Part shown: positions 1 through 14,642 of the stretch, piece by piece | Layout: each line of letters starts with the position of its first letter | How positions within the stretch are numbered: the stretch's first letter is position 1 | Assembly (NCBI GenBank): GCA_951406725.2 | Contig: OX597831.1 | Coordinates: forward strand, 34,596,001-34,660,000 | DNA: 64,000 nucleotides | Source: Octopus vulgaris | Lineage: Eukaryota | Direction: 5' to 3' | The notes under the pieces: model-generated | What the model saw: only the letters and a program-made list of their open reading frames with translations | Database searches by the model: none | Told to the model about the DNA's origin: nothing | Program-made: the position numbers and the translations under genes

Positions 1-192
1 AAAGTGTATAAATCTTTCAATTTATAAACGTGGTGGGGGGTATGTGCGTGTATACATAAGCGTTCAATAAATAACATTTATCCAAGTTCTAATAACCTTC
101 TCTTGCACATACCCACACACATACACCCACGTATAAACACACATACACACACAAACACATATTGACACATATATATATATGTATATATGTAT

Positions 193-243
<51 letters not shown>

Positions 244-371
244 TACATGCATTAATTGAATAAAGTTACAACATGGTCTGGTTTTCACGCTTTTTATTGT
301 ATTCTTTTTTTTAATGTTTACAACGTTGAAGTGTGTTAAACATTAAAAAATATCTTATTGTGTTCATTAAG

Positions 372-415
372 TTCAATTAGCGCTTTCATACGTTCGTAGT
401 GATCATCAGATATCA
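372..415 (-). ncRNA. Minimal hammerhead-ribozyme-like motif (Penelope-type)
   Basis: Minus strand reads CTGATGA-TCACTACGAACGTAT-GAAA-GCGC-TA. It has intact CUGAnGA and GAAA cores, a short stem II (TACG/CGTA), a palindromic GCGC loop III and a UH site. Stem I pairs poorly. Confidence 0.35.
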
Positions 416-879
416 AGATGTATTTAACTGACAGTTGAGTTCTTGAGTACTGTAGTAAACTGACAGAATTCTTTCTTTTTATACCTTTTAGAAGGGATCG
501 ACAAGCTGAATTTTTCGAATACGGTTTTCACCAATCAGCATGCATTTTAAACGTCACGGTTTGCCGGGTGCACCAATATTATTGGCGTTGATCCCGCCTT
601 TATTTTAACCGATTAGCTGGCGGTTTGCATGTAATAGTTTTATGACAAGCACAAGAGAGGGCGAAATCACGTGATTTGGTGGTTCCAGCAACCGCAGCAG
701 ACGGTTATCGCCCGTCGACGATATGAACAGAAGTGCCTTTATGCACCACAAACTATATGAGATGGTCTCTTATAGTAAATAACGAAGTATTCAGTGCTCT
801 AATACAACATCCACTTTGAGTGAGCGATAAATATTAGAGTTTTTGTTATTCATACAGCTTTTGTTACTATTAATTATTT

Positions 880-905
880 GATGTGTGTGTGTTTGTCTGT
901 CTGTC

Positions 906-937
<32 letters not shown>

Positions 938-1385
938 TGTATGTATGTATGTATGTATGTATGTATGAATGTATGAATGTATGAATTATGTGCATGGATG
1001 TATGTGTATGTATGTATATGTATGTATGTTTGAAAATATACGTGTGTATGCATGCATGTATGAATCTATGTATGTATGTATTAATGTATGTATGACTATT
1101 ATGCATATAGGTGTTTATGTATGAATGTGTCAATGTTTGAATGTATGTATGCATGAATGTATGAATGTTTGTATGTATGTATGTACGCATTTGTGTATGC
1201 ATGTATGTATGTATGAATGTTTGCATGTATGTATGCATCTATGTATGTATGTATGTATGTACGTACGTATGTATGTATGTTTGCATGTATGTATGTATGT
1301 ATGGATGGATGGATGGATGGATGGATGGATGGATGGATGTATGTATGTATGTATGTATGTATGTATGTATTATGTATGTATAAAT
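880..1385. repeat. Compound (TATG)n/(TGGA)n microsatellite
   Basis: Direct tandem tetranucleotide repeats. Confidence 0.95.
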
Positions 1386-1903
1386 ATACGTGCGTACACA
1401 AAAGCATATCAAAGGAAACGACAACCTAGATCGGAAGAAAGAACACAGTACGAATGGAAATCAATCGTTAACTTAATACTTAAAGATTAGTGCAAAATAA
1501 AAACATCAACGGCCGAACTAATGAGAGAAATCTGGTAATGACCCACAAAGACTCTAGTTTCAAATCTAAACCCATAGACAGGTATAAATATATACCTATA
1601 AATAAGTATAATTATTACATACCTGTAATTACGTGTACGTATCCAACAACTTAAGCCCTGATGCTGTGAAGATGGGTTGCATAAAACCTGAAAGAATATG
1701 CTTACGTATTTAGAAAATTATTGCGATAGGACATTAAAGTCCCTGTGAAAATATATGAGACGTTACGAAAGGGATAAGTGCACAGGTAGAGGTGTTGACA
1801 AGGAAATGTATTCGCATGCGTATATGTACGTAACTTGAAACATTCGGATATACAGATGCAGTTGTATCGTCGGTTTCATGCTTGCATGTGTGTGTACTTA
1901 ATT

Positions 1904-2277
1904 ATGGCCCAGTGGTTAGGGCAGCGAACTCGCGGTCATAGGATCGCGGTTTCGATTCCCAGACCGGGCGTTCTGAGTGTTTATTGAGCGAAAACACCTA
2001 AAAGCTCCACGAGGCTCCGGCAGGGGATGGTGCTGATCTCTGCTGTACTCTTTCACCACAACTTTCTCTCACTCTTACTTCCTGTTTCTGTTGTACCTGT
2101 ACTTCAAAGGGCCGGTCTTGTCACTCTCTGTGTCACGCTGAATATCCCCGAGAACTACGTTAAGGGTACACGTGTCTGTGGAGTGCTCAGCCACTTACAC
2201 GTTAATTTCACGAGCAGGCTGTTCCGTTGATTCGGATCAACCGGAACCCTCGTCGTCGTAACCGACGGAGTGCTTCC
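1904..2277 (+). mobile_element. tRNA-derived SINE, family A (head A + tail Y), slightly 5'-truncated
   Basis: A-box TGGCCCAGTGG and B-box GTTTCGATTCC; near-identical to copies at 4953-5325 and 8648-9032; flanking direct repeat ACTTAATTAT (1896-1905 / 2278-2287). Confidence 0.9.
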
Positions 2278-2329
2278 ACTTAATTATTTATACATGCATT
2301 TATGTATACAAACGTACACACGCACTTGC

Positions 2330-2656
2330 GCGAGCACACACACTTGCACACACGCACACACACACACACACACACAACATGCACACAACACACACATACA
2401 TACGTACATTCATACATGAACACATATGTACGTACATACATACATATGTACATACATACATACATACATACATACATACATACATGCATACATATATACA
2501 TCCATCCATCCATACATCCATACATACATACATACATACATACATACATACATACATACATCCATCCATCCATACATACATACATACATACATACATACA
2601 TACATACATACATACATACATACATACATACATACATACATACATACATACATACA

Positions 2657-2690
<34 letters not shown>

Positions 2691-2788
2691 CATCCATCCA
2701 TCCATCCATCCATACATACATACATACATACGTACATACATACATACATACATACATACATACATACATACATACATACATACATACA

Positions 2789-2822
<34 letters not shown>

Positions 2823-3152
2823 CATCCATCCATCCATACATCCATCCATCCATACATACATCCATCCATACATACATACATACATACATATATACATACA
2901 TACATACATACATACATGCATGCATACATACATACATGCATACGTACATACATACATACATACATACAGACATACATACATACATACATACATACATACA
3001 TACATACATACATACATACATACATACATACATACATACATACATACATACATACAGACATACATACATACATACATACATACATACATACATACATACA
3101 TACATACATACATACATACATACATACGTACATACATACCTGCATACATACA
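2330..3152. repeat. Long (CATA)n microsatellite with (CATC)n interruptions
   Basis: About 800 bp of direct tetranucleotide repeat. Confidence 0.97.
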
Positions 3153-3302
3153 TAGCTTGTTGTTGATGTCTAACTCCCCCTGAGCCTTTTCCTGGGGTTA
3201 GAAGCTTGTCTAATTGTGAGAAATTCGCAAGATGGAGCGAGAACTTGCAAACATGCGTGTATATATACATACAAATGCATATATGTGTGTGTGTGTATGT
3301 AT

Positions 3303-3517
3303 TCTTTTATTCTTTTACTTGTTTCAGTCACTTGACTGCGGCCATGCTGGAGCACCGCCTTTTAGTCTAAGAAGTCGAACCCAGGACTTATTCTTTGTAA
3401 GCCCGGTAGTTATGCTATCGGTCTATTTTGTCGGACAGCTAAGTTACGGGTTGACGAGCGAAGGTGAGTGGGGACAAACACAGACAAAGACACAGACCTA
3501 AACGCACACACACACAC

Positions 3518-3600
<83 letters not shown>

Positions 3601-3758
3601 CGACGGACTTCTTTCAGTTTCCGTCTACCAAATCCACTCACAAGTTATTAGTCGGCCTTAAGCTATAGTAGAAGACACTTGCCCATGGTGCCACGCAGTG
3701 CGACTGAACCCAGAACCGTGTGGTTGGTGAGCAAGCTTCTTACCACACAGCCATGCCT
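3303..3758 (-). mobile_element. SINE family B (CORE-like body, internal (TA)n, CR1-like tail)
   Basis: Matches many other copies in the window. The body CACCTTGGGCAAGTGTCTT resembles the CORE-SINE motif; the tail is GGCGGTGCTCCAGCATGGCCGCAGTC..GACTGAAAC. Confidence 0.85.
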
Positions 3759-3782
3759 ATGTATATATGTGTATGTGTGTGA

Positions 3783-3845
<63 letters not shown>

Positions 3846-4194
3846 TAAATAAAACATATGCATATATATATACATATATGTACGTACCAACCTCTACATG
3901 TATATATACACGCATATATGTGTACAGGACACCAAAAAGACGTCGAACACAATGAGAAACGAAAACATAGACACAAACCCAAGGAACTGGACATTTTTCT
4001 TATACATGTGTGTGTGTGTATCTATACGTATGTACATAAATATAACATGGTGCATACATACGTACATACATACAATGCAACAAATCTTGTATATAATTAA
4101 GTACATACATGCACAATATAAACGTGTGCGCGCGCACACAAACTCACACAGACATTGATGACGTTGGTGTACTACCTACACACACAGACACACA

Positions 4195-4243
<49 letters not shown>

Positions 4244-4952
4244 CGCACTACATATTCACACACCAACGCATGTTCAAAGCAAACTAATCAAAATTGTATA
4301 ACGTTTAATCTGAAAATGTAACGAGCGAAAGGAACTGTAAAACGACCATGTCTCTAGTTATATTTGTTCTCTTGCTGTTTAACCAGATTGATTAAATGTT
4401 CAATTAGGAACTATTTCAGGCATATTTATCGACTTCTTCCACACAATTATCAGATTCCTATCCAATCTTATCGGTACCTCGAGGCCCTTCAACACTATTT
4501 TATTTTCTGCCTGTCTATCTCAGTATATTTCGCTCTCAATCCCCCCTCCGCCTCTCTCTTTCTCACCTTCTGTTTGTCTGCCTCTCTCTCTCTCTCTGTT
4601 TCTCTTTCTCTCTCGTGCTCACTCGTTCGCTTGCGCGTGAGCTGCTCGGCTTATCACTTTTATGAAACTAAATATATTTCATCAACCACACAGCTCATTC
4701 GTATTGCAATCATACGGAAGACAATCCTATAGCCCCACTACAGAACACTTCAAATTACAAATTACAAATTAGTATCCCAGTAAGACAATACAGACTAAAC
4801 CATGATAGATATTTCGTAACATAACCAGACCCTTGAATCCATTACGTGGGTACGAATGCCGATGCTCAAATATTCAGATATAATTCGACTCAGGCTATGA
4901 ATGCAAGCATAAAAAATTATATATCAGCAACACGAAAAGCATCGCTATAACA

Positions 4953-5325
4953 CATGGAAGCACTCCGTCGGTTACGACGACGAGGGTTCCGGTTGATCCG
5001 AATCAACGGAAATTAACGTGTAAGTGGCTGAGCACTCCACAGACACGTGCACCCCTAACGTAGCTCTCGGGGATATTCAGCGTAGCACAGAGAGTGACAA
5101 GGCCGTCCCCTTGAAATACAGGTACAACAGAAACAGGAAGTAAGAGTGAGAGAAAGTTGTGGTGAAAGAGTACAGCAGGGATCACCACCATCCCCTGCCG
5201 GAGCCTCGTGGAGCTTTTAGGTGTTTTTGCTCAATAAACACTCACAACACCCGGTCTGGGAATCGAAACCGCGATCCTATGACCGCGAGTCCGCTGCCCT
5301 AACCACTGGGCCATTGCGCCTCCAC
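4953..5325 (-). mobile_element. tRNA-derived SINE family A, full length
   Basis: Complete head GTGGAGGCGCAATGGCCCAGTGG; 12-bp TSD ATCGCTATAACA at 4941-4952 and 5327-5338. Confidence 0.93.
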
Positions 5326-5844
5326 TATCGCTATAACAAGCATATACATATACTCACCAGCCTTCCCAACTGTGCCACCCAGTTACCTATTCCATCTACG
5401 TTACTTTAAAGCGTTCCTGAACCTCAAACGTCCCGGTTCATAAACAATGCAAATAACACAAGAGGTGACGCGACAACATTCACATTTAAATTACGATCAT
5501 ATCGTAAACAAGCCACACTTATACGCCCACATATTGCCTCATCGAGATGACTGATTCCTCCTTCATGAGATTCAGACCTTGCACTGTATAACTAGCCAGT
5601 ACATCATGTCAATCGTCCAGCTCTTTAACGGCCAGTTTTTACTCATCGTATCACACACGCATCGATTAATAAAGCGAAAATGTTTCCATCACTAAACAGA
5701 ATTAATGCCTAAGGAATTAAGCGAGACTACAATTAACAGTACGGAGATTGCAGTACACACATTCGACAAAATAATTGTAGACCCTTCCCATAAAAGAAAA
5801 TAGGATATACTACGCAAGACATCATGAAAAAAATACAACCCAAT

Positions 5845-6140
5845 ATCACGTGATCGCGTGATCGACCTGACTATAGGAGGTTGTTATACATCGCTGGTCA
5901 CTACGCGCTTTGCATACTTTTAGCTTTCAACTGATGCCACCACGCTGGCTAGGTGAGCAGGCCTACAATTCCCCTGATCAAAAGTCTACTCCGTCACCGG
6001 GCTGCTCATTTACAGTTGAGTGAACTGGAGCAATGTGAAATGAAGTGCCTTGATCAAGGACACAACCCGGTCCGGGAATTGAAACCATGATCTAGTCATC
6101 GTGAGTGCAATACCCTAACCACTGTGCCACGCGCCTTCAC
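5845..6140 (-). mobile_element. SINE, head D (tRNA + CORE-like) with tail X
   Basis: Head GGCGCGTGGCACAGTGGTTAG...TGTGTCCTTGATCAAGGCACTT; the tail ...GTGACCAGCGATGT...ATCACGTGAT is shared with 26780-26893. Confidence 0.75.
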
Positions 6141-6325
6141 ACGCCCAACATACACAACGAAAAGAACGTGATATAAAGAAGAGCCAGTCTCAAAAACAAC
6201 ATACCAACACCATACAACCAATCAGGAAGCCTCAACAGAGGTACCTTGATCTGCTAGTTATAGCAGTCAAAGTGACCTTCTTTTTTATACGGCTTCGTCG
6301 GTTGGTTTAACCATGTAGAAATCTT

Positions 6326-6474
6326 TTGTCCTTTATTTGTTTCAGTCATTGAACTGCGGCCAGGCTGGGGCACCGCCTTAAAGGATTTAGTCGAACAAAT
6401 CGACACCCGGTGATGGGGGACAAACATGCACTCGCGCGCGCACACACTCACAAAACCACGATATGGCGAGGGAT

Positions 6475-6535
<61 letters not shown>

Positions 6536-6638
6536 TCAACCCAGGGCTAGGGTAAAAAATACTTGCCCAAGATGCCACGCAGTGGGACTGAACCTGGAAC
6601 CATGTGGTTGGGAAGCAAGAGTCTTACCACACAGCCAC
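6326..6638 (-). mobile_element. Degenerate SINE family B
   Basis: Tail, internal (TA)n and head segments align by eye to 28925-29392. Confidence 0.75.
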
Positions 6639-6769
6639 ATTGATATATAGAAAAGCCAATCTCAAAAACATACCAACCCCATGCAACCAGCGAGGAGTAG
6701 CTTGACCTGGTAGTAATAGGAGTCAAAGCGCCCGGAAAATTCTTTCACGGCTTTCGTCGATCTATTATA

Positions 6770-7324
6770 TTGGGTTGTCCGGAAAGTTCGTCCCGATTTA
6801 TAGTAGCTTACCTTTCGACTTAATTTAGAACATGGTTGAGTCCATAAAATAAGATTTGACTTCACCTCCATTTAGAGTACAGTTTAAGATATTTTTTCGT
6901 GGAAGAAGACGTATGTTCCTATAACCTGTGTTAATTCTGTAACCCTTTAAAATAGAAGATAAGAAAGTTCATTTTCGGCACTTGATGCTTTGGGAACCAG
7001 ACAAAAACTGCTGGGATGTGTTACTCCACCCTCCATATTCACCAGATATTGCTCCTTCGGATTTCCACTTATTCAGGTCTCTGCAGAATAGTCTTAATAG
7101 AAAAAGTTTTAATTCCTTGGATGACGTAAAAAGATACCTTGATGAATTCTTTGCCATGAAACCACCTCAATTCTGGGAAGAGGGTATTTTCAAGTTAAAG
7201 GAAAGATGAAGACGCATTGTGCAACAAAACGGCTCATATTTGGTTGATGAAAAATGTAATAGCAAGTATTTATTGAGCTTTTTTTTTCCTTTAAAAATCG
7301 GCACGAACTTTCCGGACAACCCAA
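6770..7324 (+). mobile_element. Internally deleted mariner element (MITE-like)
   Basis: ~30-bp TIRs TTGGGTTGTCCGGAAAGTTCGT, TA target duplication on both sides, and a transposase remnant WDVLLHPPYSPDIAPSDFHLFRSLQN (mariner YSPDLAPSD motif). Confidence 0.93.
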
Positions 7325-8020
7325 TATAATGCATGTACACTTGAAAGTACCATCAAATATTCGGAATTCGAATACAAAACGTGATGTAAACAAGAGTCAA
7401 TCACAAAACATCTTATCAACAGCACGCAGTCAATAGTGGGGGAGAGGTAGCTTAATCTGTTAGATATCAGAGTCAAATCTCCCTCAAATTCCTTTAAGGT
7501 ATTCGTCAATTGTTTTAGCTATGTATACGCACCCAAGAAACGACCAAACATACACAACTCAGCAGACTGATTTAGATAAGAGACGATCTCAGAAAACAAT
7601 ATATCAACACCATGCAGTCAAAGAGAAAATCTCAATGAGGATGGCTTGACCTGATAGATATTGTAGGCAAATCTCCCTCGAATTCCTTTGAGGTCTTCGT
7701 CCTTAGCATGAACACCTGAAAAACAATCTAATACATACAACTCAACTGGAATAAGTGATATAAACAGAAACCATTTTCAGCATACCAAGGAAGCTGTTGC
7801 AGAGTGGGGAAGCACGAGCTGCTTGACATAGGAGTCAAATTCCCCTCAAATTACCATGTCCATCATCGGTCTGATTTAATCGTTCATGTGCACCTGAGTA
7901 TTGCTATCCAGGGTACAAGATTGGGTAAAAATTATTATAAAGGACCAGCAACTTTTCACGTAGCATACTTCACATCTCCATCTCAGCGTTGCTGTCCAAG
8001 AAAAGGGCAACGCACGATGC

Positions 8021-8288
8021 GTGAACGCGCGTGGCATAGTGGTTAATGTGTTGGACTCATGATCCTAAGATTGTGGCTTCGATTCCTGGATCGGGCGATG
8101 CGTTGTTTTCTTGAGCAAAACACTTCATTTCACGTTGCTCCAGTCCACTCAGCTGGCAAAAATGAGTAATCTTGTACCGGACCGGCGTCATGTCCAGGTA
8201 GGGAATATATAATCGTCATGGAAACCGGGAAACTGGCCCTTAGGAGTCTTTGTGATTCGAGAAGATAACTTTATCTTTTACCTTTACT
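8021..8288 (+). mobile_element. SINE, head D with tail W
   Basis: tRNA-like A/B boxes and CORE-like TTCTTGAGCAAAACACTT; 12-bp TSD AACGCACGATGC at 8009-8020 and 8289-8300. Confidence 0.88.
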
Positions 8289-8647
8289 AACGCACGATGC
8301 AATTTAGCACCGGTGTCGCTGCTGAAAAAAACTCCTCAGAAGATTAAGGTCCGGAACCAATAACACACGGCATTTTACTCAACACTCTTACAATATTGCC
8401 ATTGGAGACTGATACTTAATTTCAATCAAAGGTGACATCTGCAGGATTTGAACTCAGGACGTAAAGATCCGTTACAAATACTACAAGGCATTTCATTCAA
8501 CACTTTCACAATGCTATCATTCTAGAGTAGAACATAATTTCATCAACTCCGGAGAATCGAAGGTGGGAAATCAAAAAGTGGCTTCAATAGAATTTGAACG
8601 TAGAACGCAACGCTTCGGAATAAATAGTGCCCGGCATTTTATCCAAT

Positions 8648-9032
8648 GGAAGCACTCCGTCGGTTACGACGACGAGGGTTCCGGTTGATCCGAATCAACG
8701 GAACAGCCTGCTCGTGAAATTAACGAGTAAGTGACTGAGCACTCCACAGACACGTGTACCCTTAACGTAGTTCTCGGGGATATTCAGCGTGACACAGAGA
8801 GTGACAAGACCGGCCCTTTGAAATACAGGTACAACAGAAACAGGAAGTAAGAGTGAGAGAAAGTTGTGGTGAAAGAGTACAGCAGGGATCAGCACCATCC
8901 CCTGCCGGAGCCTCATGGAGCTTTTAGGTGTTTTCGCTCAATAAACGCTCACAACGCCCGGTCTGGGAATCGAAACCGCGATCCTATGACCGCGAGTCCG
9001 CTGCCCTAACCACTGGGCCATTGCGCCTCCAC
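8648..9032 (-). mobile_element. tRNA-derived SINE family A, full length
   Basis: Near-identical to 4953-5325; TSD ATTTTATCCAAT on both sides. Confidence 0.93.
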
Positions 9033-9418
9033 ATTTTATCCAATACTCTATCAAAGACTGGAACTTAATTTCTTCAACGCTTGAAAGGATAAAAATCAAA
9101 AGATAGCTGCGATTCTGCTCATAATGACTGTCACAAAATATAGCAAGGTACCTCCCTTGTCCTCCTACGCATTTCTCCTTTCTCTTCTTTCAGCTCTTCT
9201 CTTCTCTCTCTCTCTCTCTCTCTCTCTCGTTTCAGTTCAACTCTCCTTTTTGTTCTTTGTTTGTTTGTTTTTTCTGTCATGTATTATGTATGTATGTATG
9301 TATGTATGTATGTATGCATGTATGTATGTATGAATGTATGTATGAATGTCTGGTGGCGGTGGTGGTGACGATGATGATAACAACGTCGAAGATGATAATG
9401 ATGACAACGACGTCGATG

Positions 9419-9480
<62 letters not shown>

Positions 9481-9892
9481 AAGGAGGAAGGGGAGGGGAG
9501 GGGAGGGGAAGAGGAGGAGGTGGAGGAGGAAGAGGGAGGGGAAGTGGAGGAGGAGGAAGAAGAGGGGAGGGGAAGTAGAGGAAGAGGAAGAGGGGAGGGG
9601 AAGTAGAGGAGGAGGAAGAGGGGAGGGGAAGTAGAGGAAGAGGAAGAGGGGAGGGGAAGTAGAGGAGGAGGAAGAGGGGAGGGGAAGTAGAGGAAGAGGA
9701 AGAGGGGAGGGGAAGTAGAGGAAGAGGAAGAGGAAGAGGAAGGGGAGGAAGAGGGGGAAGGGGAAGGGGAAGAGGTGGAAGAGGAAGAGGAGGAAGAGGT
9801 GGAAGGGGAGGAGGAGGAAGAGGTGGAAGAGGAAGAGGTGGAAGAGGAAGGGGAGGAAGAGGAAGGGGAGGAAGAGGAAGAGGGGAGGAGAG
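9481..9892 (+). repeat. Polypurine (GGA/GAA/GAGGG) low-complexity tract
   Basis: About 410 bp almost entirely A/G on the + strand, following a (GAT)n run. Confidence 0.9.
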
Positions 9893-10080
9893 TGAAGACG
9901 ATGATGAAAACGAGGGCAACGACGACGATGGCGGCGGTCATGACATCGTTGCTGTCGTTACACAATTATGATCAGTTAAAGCTGGAATGATTCAACAGTC
10001 AAGACGAGATTAATCAAGTCATACCCTGGTGTTATGTGGGTGGATGGGCGGGGCAATAGCAACAACAACAACAACAACAA

Positions 10081-10173
10081 CATCAGCAATAATGCCACCA
10101 TCATCATCATCACTACCACCATCATCATCATCACTACCACCATCATCATTATCATCATCATCATCACTACCAC

Positions 10174-10208
<35 letters not shown>

Positions 10209-11010
10209 CTACCACCATCATCATCATCATCATCACCACCACCATCATTATCATCATCATCATCATCATCATCACTACCACCATCATCATCATCATCATC
10301 ATCACTACCACCATCATCATTATCATCATCATCATCATCATCACTACCATCATCATCATCATCATCATCACCACCATCATCATCATCATCATCATCACTA
10401 CCACCATCATCATCATCATCATCACTACCACCATCATCATCATCATCATCATCACTACCACCATCATCATCATCATCATCACTACCACCATCATCATCAT
10501 CATCATCACTACCACCATCATCATCATCATCATCATCACTACCACCATCATCATTATCATCATCATCATCATCATCATCACTACCACCATCATCATCATC
10601 ATCATCACTACCACCATCATCATCATCATCATCATCACTACCACCATCATCATTATCATCATCATCATCATCATCATCACTACCACCATCATCATCATCA
10701 TCATCACTACCACCATCATCATTATCATCATCATCATCATCACTACCACCATCATCATCATCATCACTACCACCATCATCATTATCATCATCATCATCAT
10801 CATCATCACTACCACCATCATCATCATCATCACTACCACCATCATCATCATCATCATCACCACCACCATCATCATTATCATCATCATCATCATCATCATC
10901 ACTACCACCATCATCATTATCATCATCATCATCATCATCATCATCACTACCACCATCATCATCATCATCATCATCACTACCACCATCATCATCATCATCA
11001 TCGTCACCAT
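10081..11010. repeat. (CAT)n-based minisatellite punctuated by CACTACCAC
   Basis: About 930 bp of CAT triplets with recurring CAC-TAC-CAC and TAT variants. Confidence 0.95.
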
Positions 11011-11479
11011 CAAACAACAAGAACAGTAATGACCGTTACAGCACTGTAACGCCAGTAATACTACGTTAATAGACCAGAGAGCCTCGATAATGATGAGAAT
11101 AAAAACGTGAATCAACGGAAGCGAGAGAGAGAGAGAGAGAGACGGGGGTGGGGGGTTGTGGGGGGAGAGAGAGAGAGAGGGGGAGGAAGGAAGAATAAAA
11201 GAAAGAAACACCACTAAACCAACAAACAAACAAACAAACAAACAAACAAACAAAAGGGGGAAAGCAAAGAAACAAAGAGAAATGAGAAAAACAAATAGAG
11301 AGAGAGAGAGATAAGAGAAAAAGAAACGAAGAAACGAAAGAAAAAAAAGAAAGATGGATAGATAAATGGAAAGGAAGGAAGGAAGAAAGAAAAGAAAATA
11401 GTAAGAGAGGAAGATAGATAGAAAGAAAACGCTAATTAAACGACAAGACTAAAGAGAAAAGCTAGATGGAAGAATGTAA

Positions 11480-12564
<1,085 letters not shown>

Positions 12565-13119
12565 CTACAACGACATAATATGCAGTTTTACGTTATTATT
12601 TTTGTATAAGGTCACGGTGATATCGTATCGTAGTACCGAATGAATGCCTATTATATCATTATATAACAGTGTTGTTATGCTGTTCAGAGATTTGGAAGAC
12701 GTTAATTGGTAGTTAACTGGTCAATTTTATACAAGATCTCAATTTAGATTTTTACCGAAATCCTCCCAAGGGGCTCTTCAACAAAAAAGGTCTTTAATCG
12801 TTGATTGACTGTTGATGTTTCCACCAACAACCTATATTTTGGGAACTTGTCTATTGTCATTAGCTATTGTCATACTTATTTCAGTCGCTGGAGCGTGGCC
12901 ATGCTGGAGCATCGTGTTTTAGTCGTACTTATCTTTCATTTTCTTTTTTCTTTTTAAGTCTGGTACTACTTCTATTGCGTTTCCTTTGCCAAAGGGTTAG
13001 CTTATCGGAACATAAACAAACCAACACAGGTTGCGATGCGGGGTCGAGACAAACCTAGCAACTTAGCTGAAAGGCACACACACACACACACACACACATA
13101 CACACATACATGTATTTTG

Positions 13120-13597
13120 TACGATTTTTCTTTGAGATTAATTTCAGTTCTTCTAGAGAGATTTCAAGCCGGTTGCTAACAGAGCGACAAGATATCTTGA
13201 GTTAAGACAGCTCCCGGTGTTGTGTTGATGAAACTGGCCATACATGCACCAAAGTGTGCGCATCTACTCACATAAGAATCTCAAAAGCAGAAATTTTGGA
13301 ATGTCTTACATATCTTCATTGTGCCACTAATAAATTGGATTTAGAGAAATCGCATCAGTTTCTTTTGCACTTTCTCCATGAAACCGAGTATTTCTAGGTG
13401 TTTGTGCAACTTTGTTGGTACATAACCTAATGTACCTTTGATGGTAGGTACAAATGAGAATTCAGACGGGGTACAAAAGCTGTAATTTCTGCTCTTGTAC
13501 CCTGACTACGAATTCTCATTTACACCTATCGTCGTTGGTGCATTAGATTATGTACCAACAAATTTGCACAAAAACCTTGATATACTCGCTTTCGCAG
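13120..13597. mobile_element. Head-to-head pair of R4/Dong-like LINE 3' fragments
   Basis: The + arm encodes LLYPDYEFSFTPIVVGALDYVPTNL. The - arm is a diverged copy that continues to ..SGTMKICKTF. PIVVGALG resembles the C-terminus of RLE-type non-LTR elements (compare the 34860 region). Confidence 0.6.
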
Positions 13598-13698
13598 AGT
13601 ATTTCTGTGTACTGTATACATGTATATATACATGCCTGTATGTATGTATGTATGTATGTATGTATGTATGTATGTATGTATGTATGTATGTATGTATG

Positions 13699-13730
<32 letters not shown>

Positions 13731-13828
13731 TGTATATGTATGTATGTATATATATATATGTATGTATGTATGTGTATGTATGTATGTATGTATGTATGTA
13801 TGTATGTATGTATGTATGTATGTATATG

Positions 13829-13861
<33 letters not shown>

Positions 13862-13866
13862 ATATG

Positions 13867-13967
13867 TCATTGTTCAGTTTTATTTCAAGATTTCTTGCCA
13901 ATAGAGAAAGAACCAGTTTCTTACCTAGATCCAAGACTCTTTCATTGCAATTTCAACATCAAAACGC

Positions 13968-14000
<33 letters not shown>

Positions 14001-14098
14001 CATTATTCAGTTTATTTCAAGATTTCTTGCCAATAGAAAAAGAACCGGTTTCTAACCTACATCCCAGTTTCTTTCATTAGAATTTCAACATCAACAAC
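13867..14098 (-). repeat. Two ~100-bp direct copies of a probable retroelement 3' end within (TATG)n
   Basis: TCATT.TTCAG..TTTATTTCAAGATTTCTTGCCAATAG repeated at 13867 and 14000, each preceded by TATG repeats. Confidence 0.6.
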
Positions 14099-14586
14099 TG
14101 GTTATTTTTGTTTGTATGTATGTACGTACGTACGTATGTATGTATGTATTTATGTATGTATGCATTTATTTATGTATGTGTGAATGCGTGCATGTATGCA
14201 TGTACCTATGTATTGATGTATGTATGTACGTACGTATGTATGTATTTATGTATGTATGTACGTATGTATGTATGTATATACTACGTACGTACACATGTAT
14301 GTATGTATTCTAAATTAGTCTTACCTATGGACGGCATTGTACAATGTTTCAGGAATAATCGCATATCGTAATGGCGTTACCTTGGTGACACTTCGAAGCA
14401 ATGCCTGTAATATCTTTCATAGAATTGTAAGATAATCGACATTTTCGGTCAAATCTTTAGAGTTTAAGGGCTTCGCTACATTCTTTTGTTCGTTAGGTGT
14501 ATTTGTAACGATCTCCGGATCTTGGATTGCAAAAAACATAACCTTCAAATGCAATGCTATCAAATATATAAATACATATGTGTATG

Positions 14587-14640
<54 letters not shown>

Positions 14641-14642
<2 letters not shown>

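Noticed and set aside
5250-5325. tRNA gene (also the heads at 1904, 8960-9032, 26604)
   Set aside because: tRNA-like A/B boxes continue into a SINE body with TSDs; no closed cloverleaf.
4830-5850. Highly decayed Penelope RT remnant (GTNA.AQI-like motif)
   Set aside because: Too many stops and frameshifts to support by eye; needs a translated HMM search.
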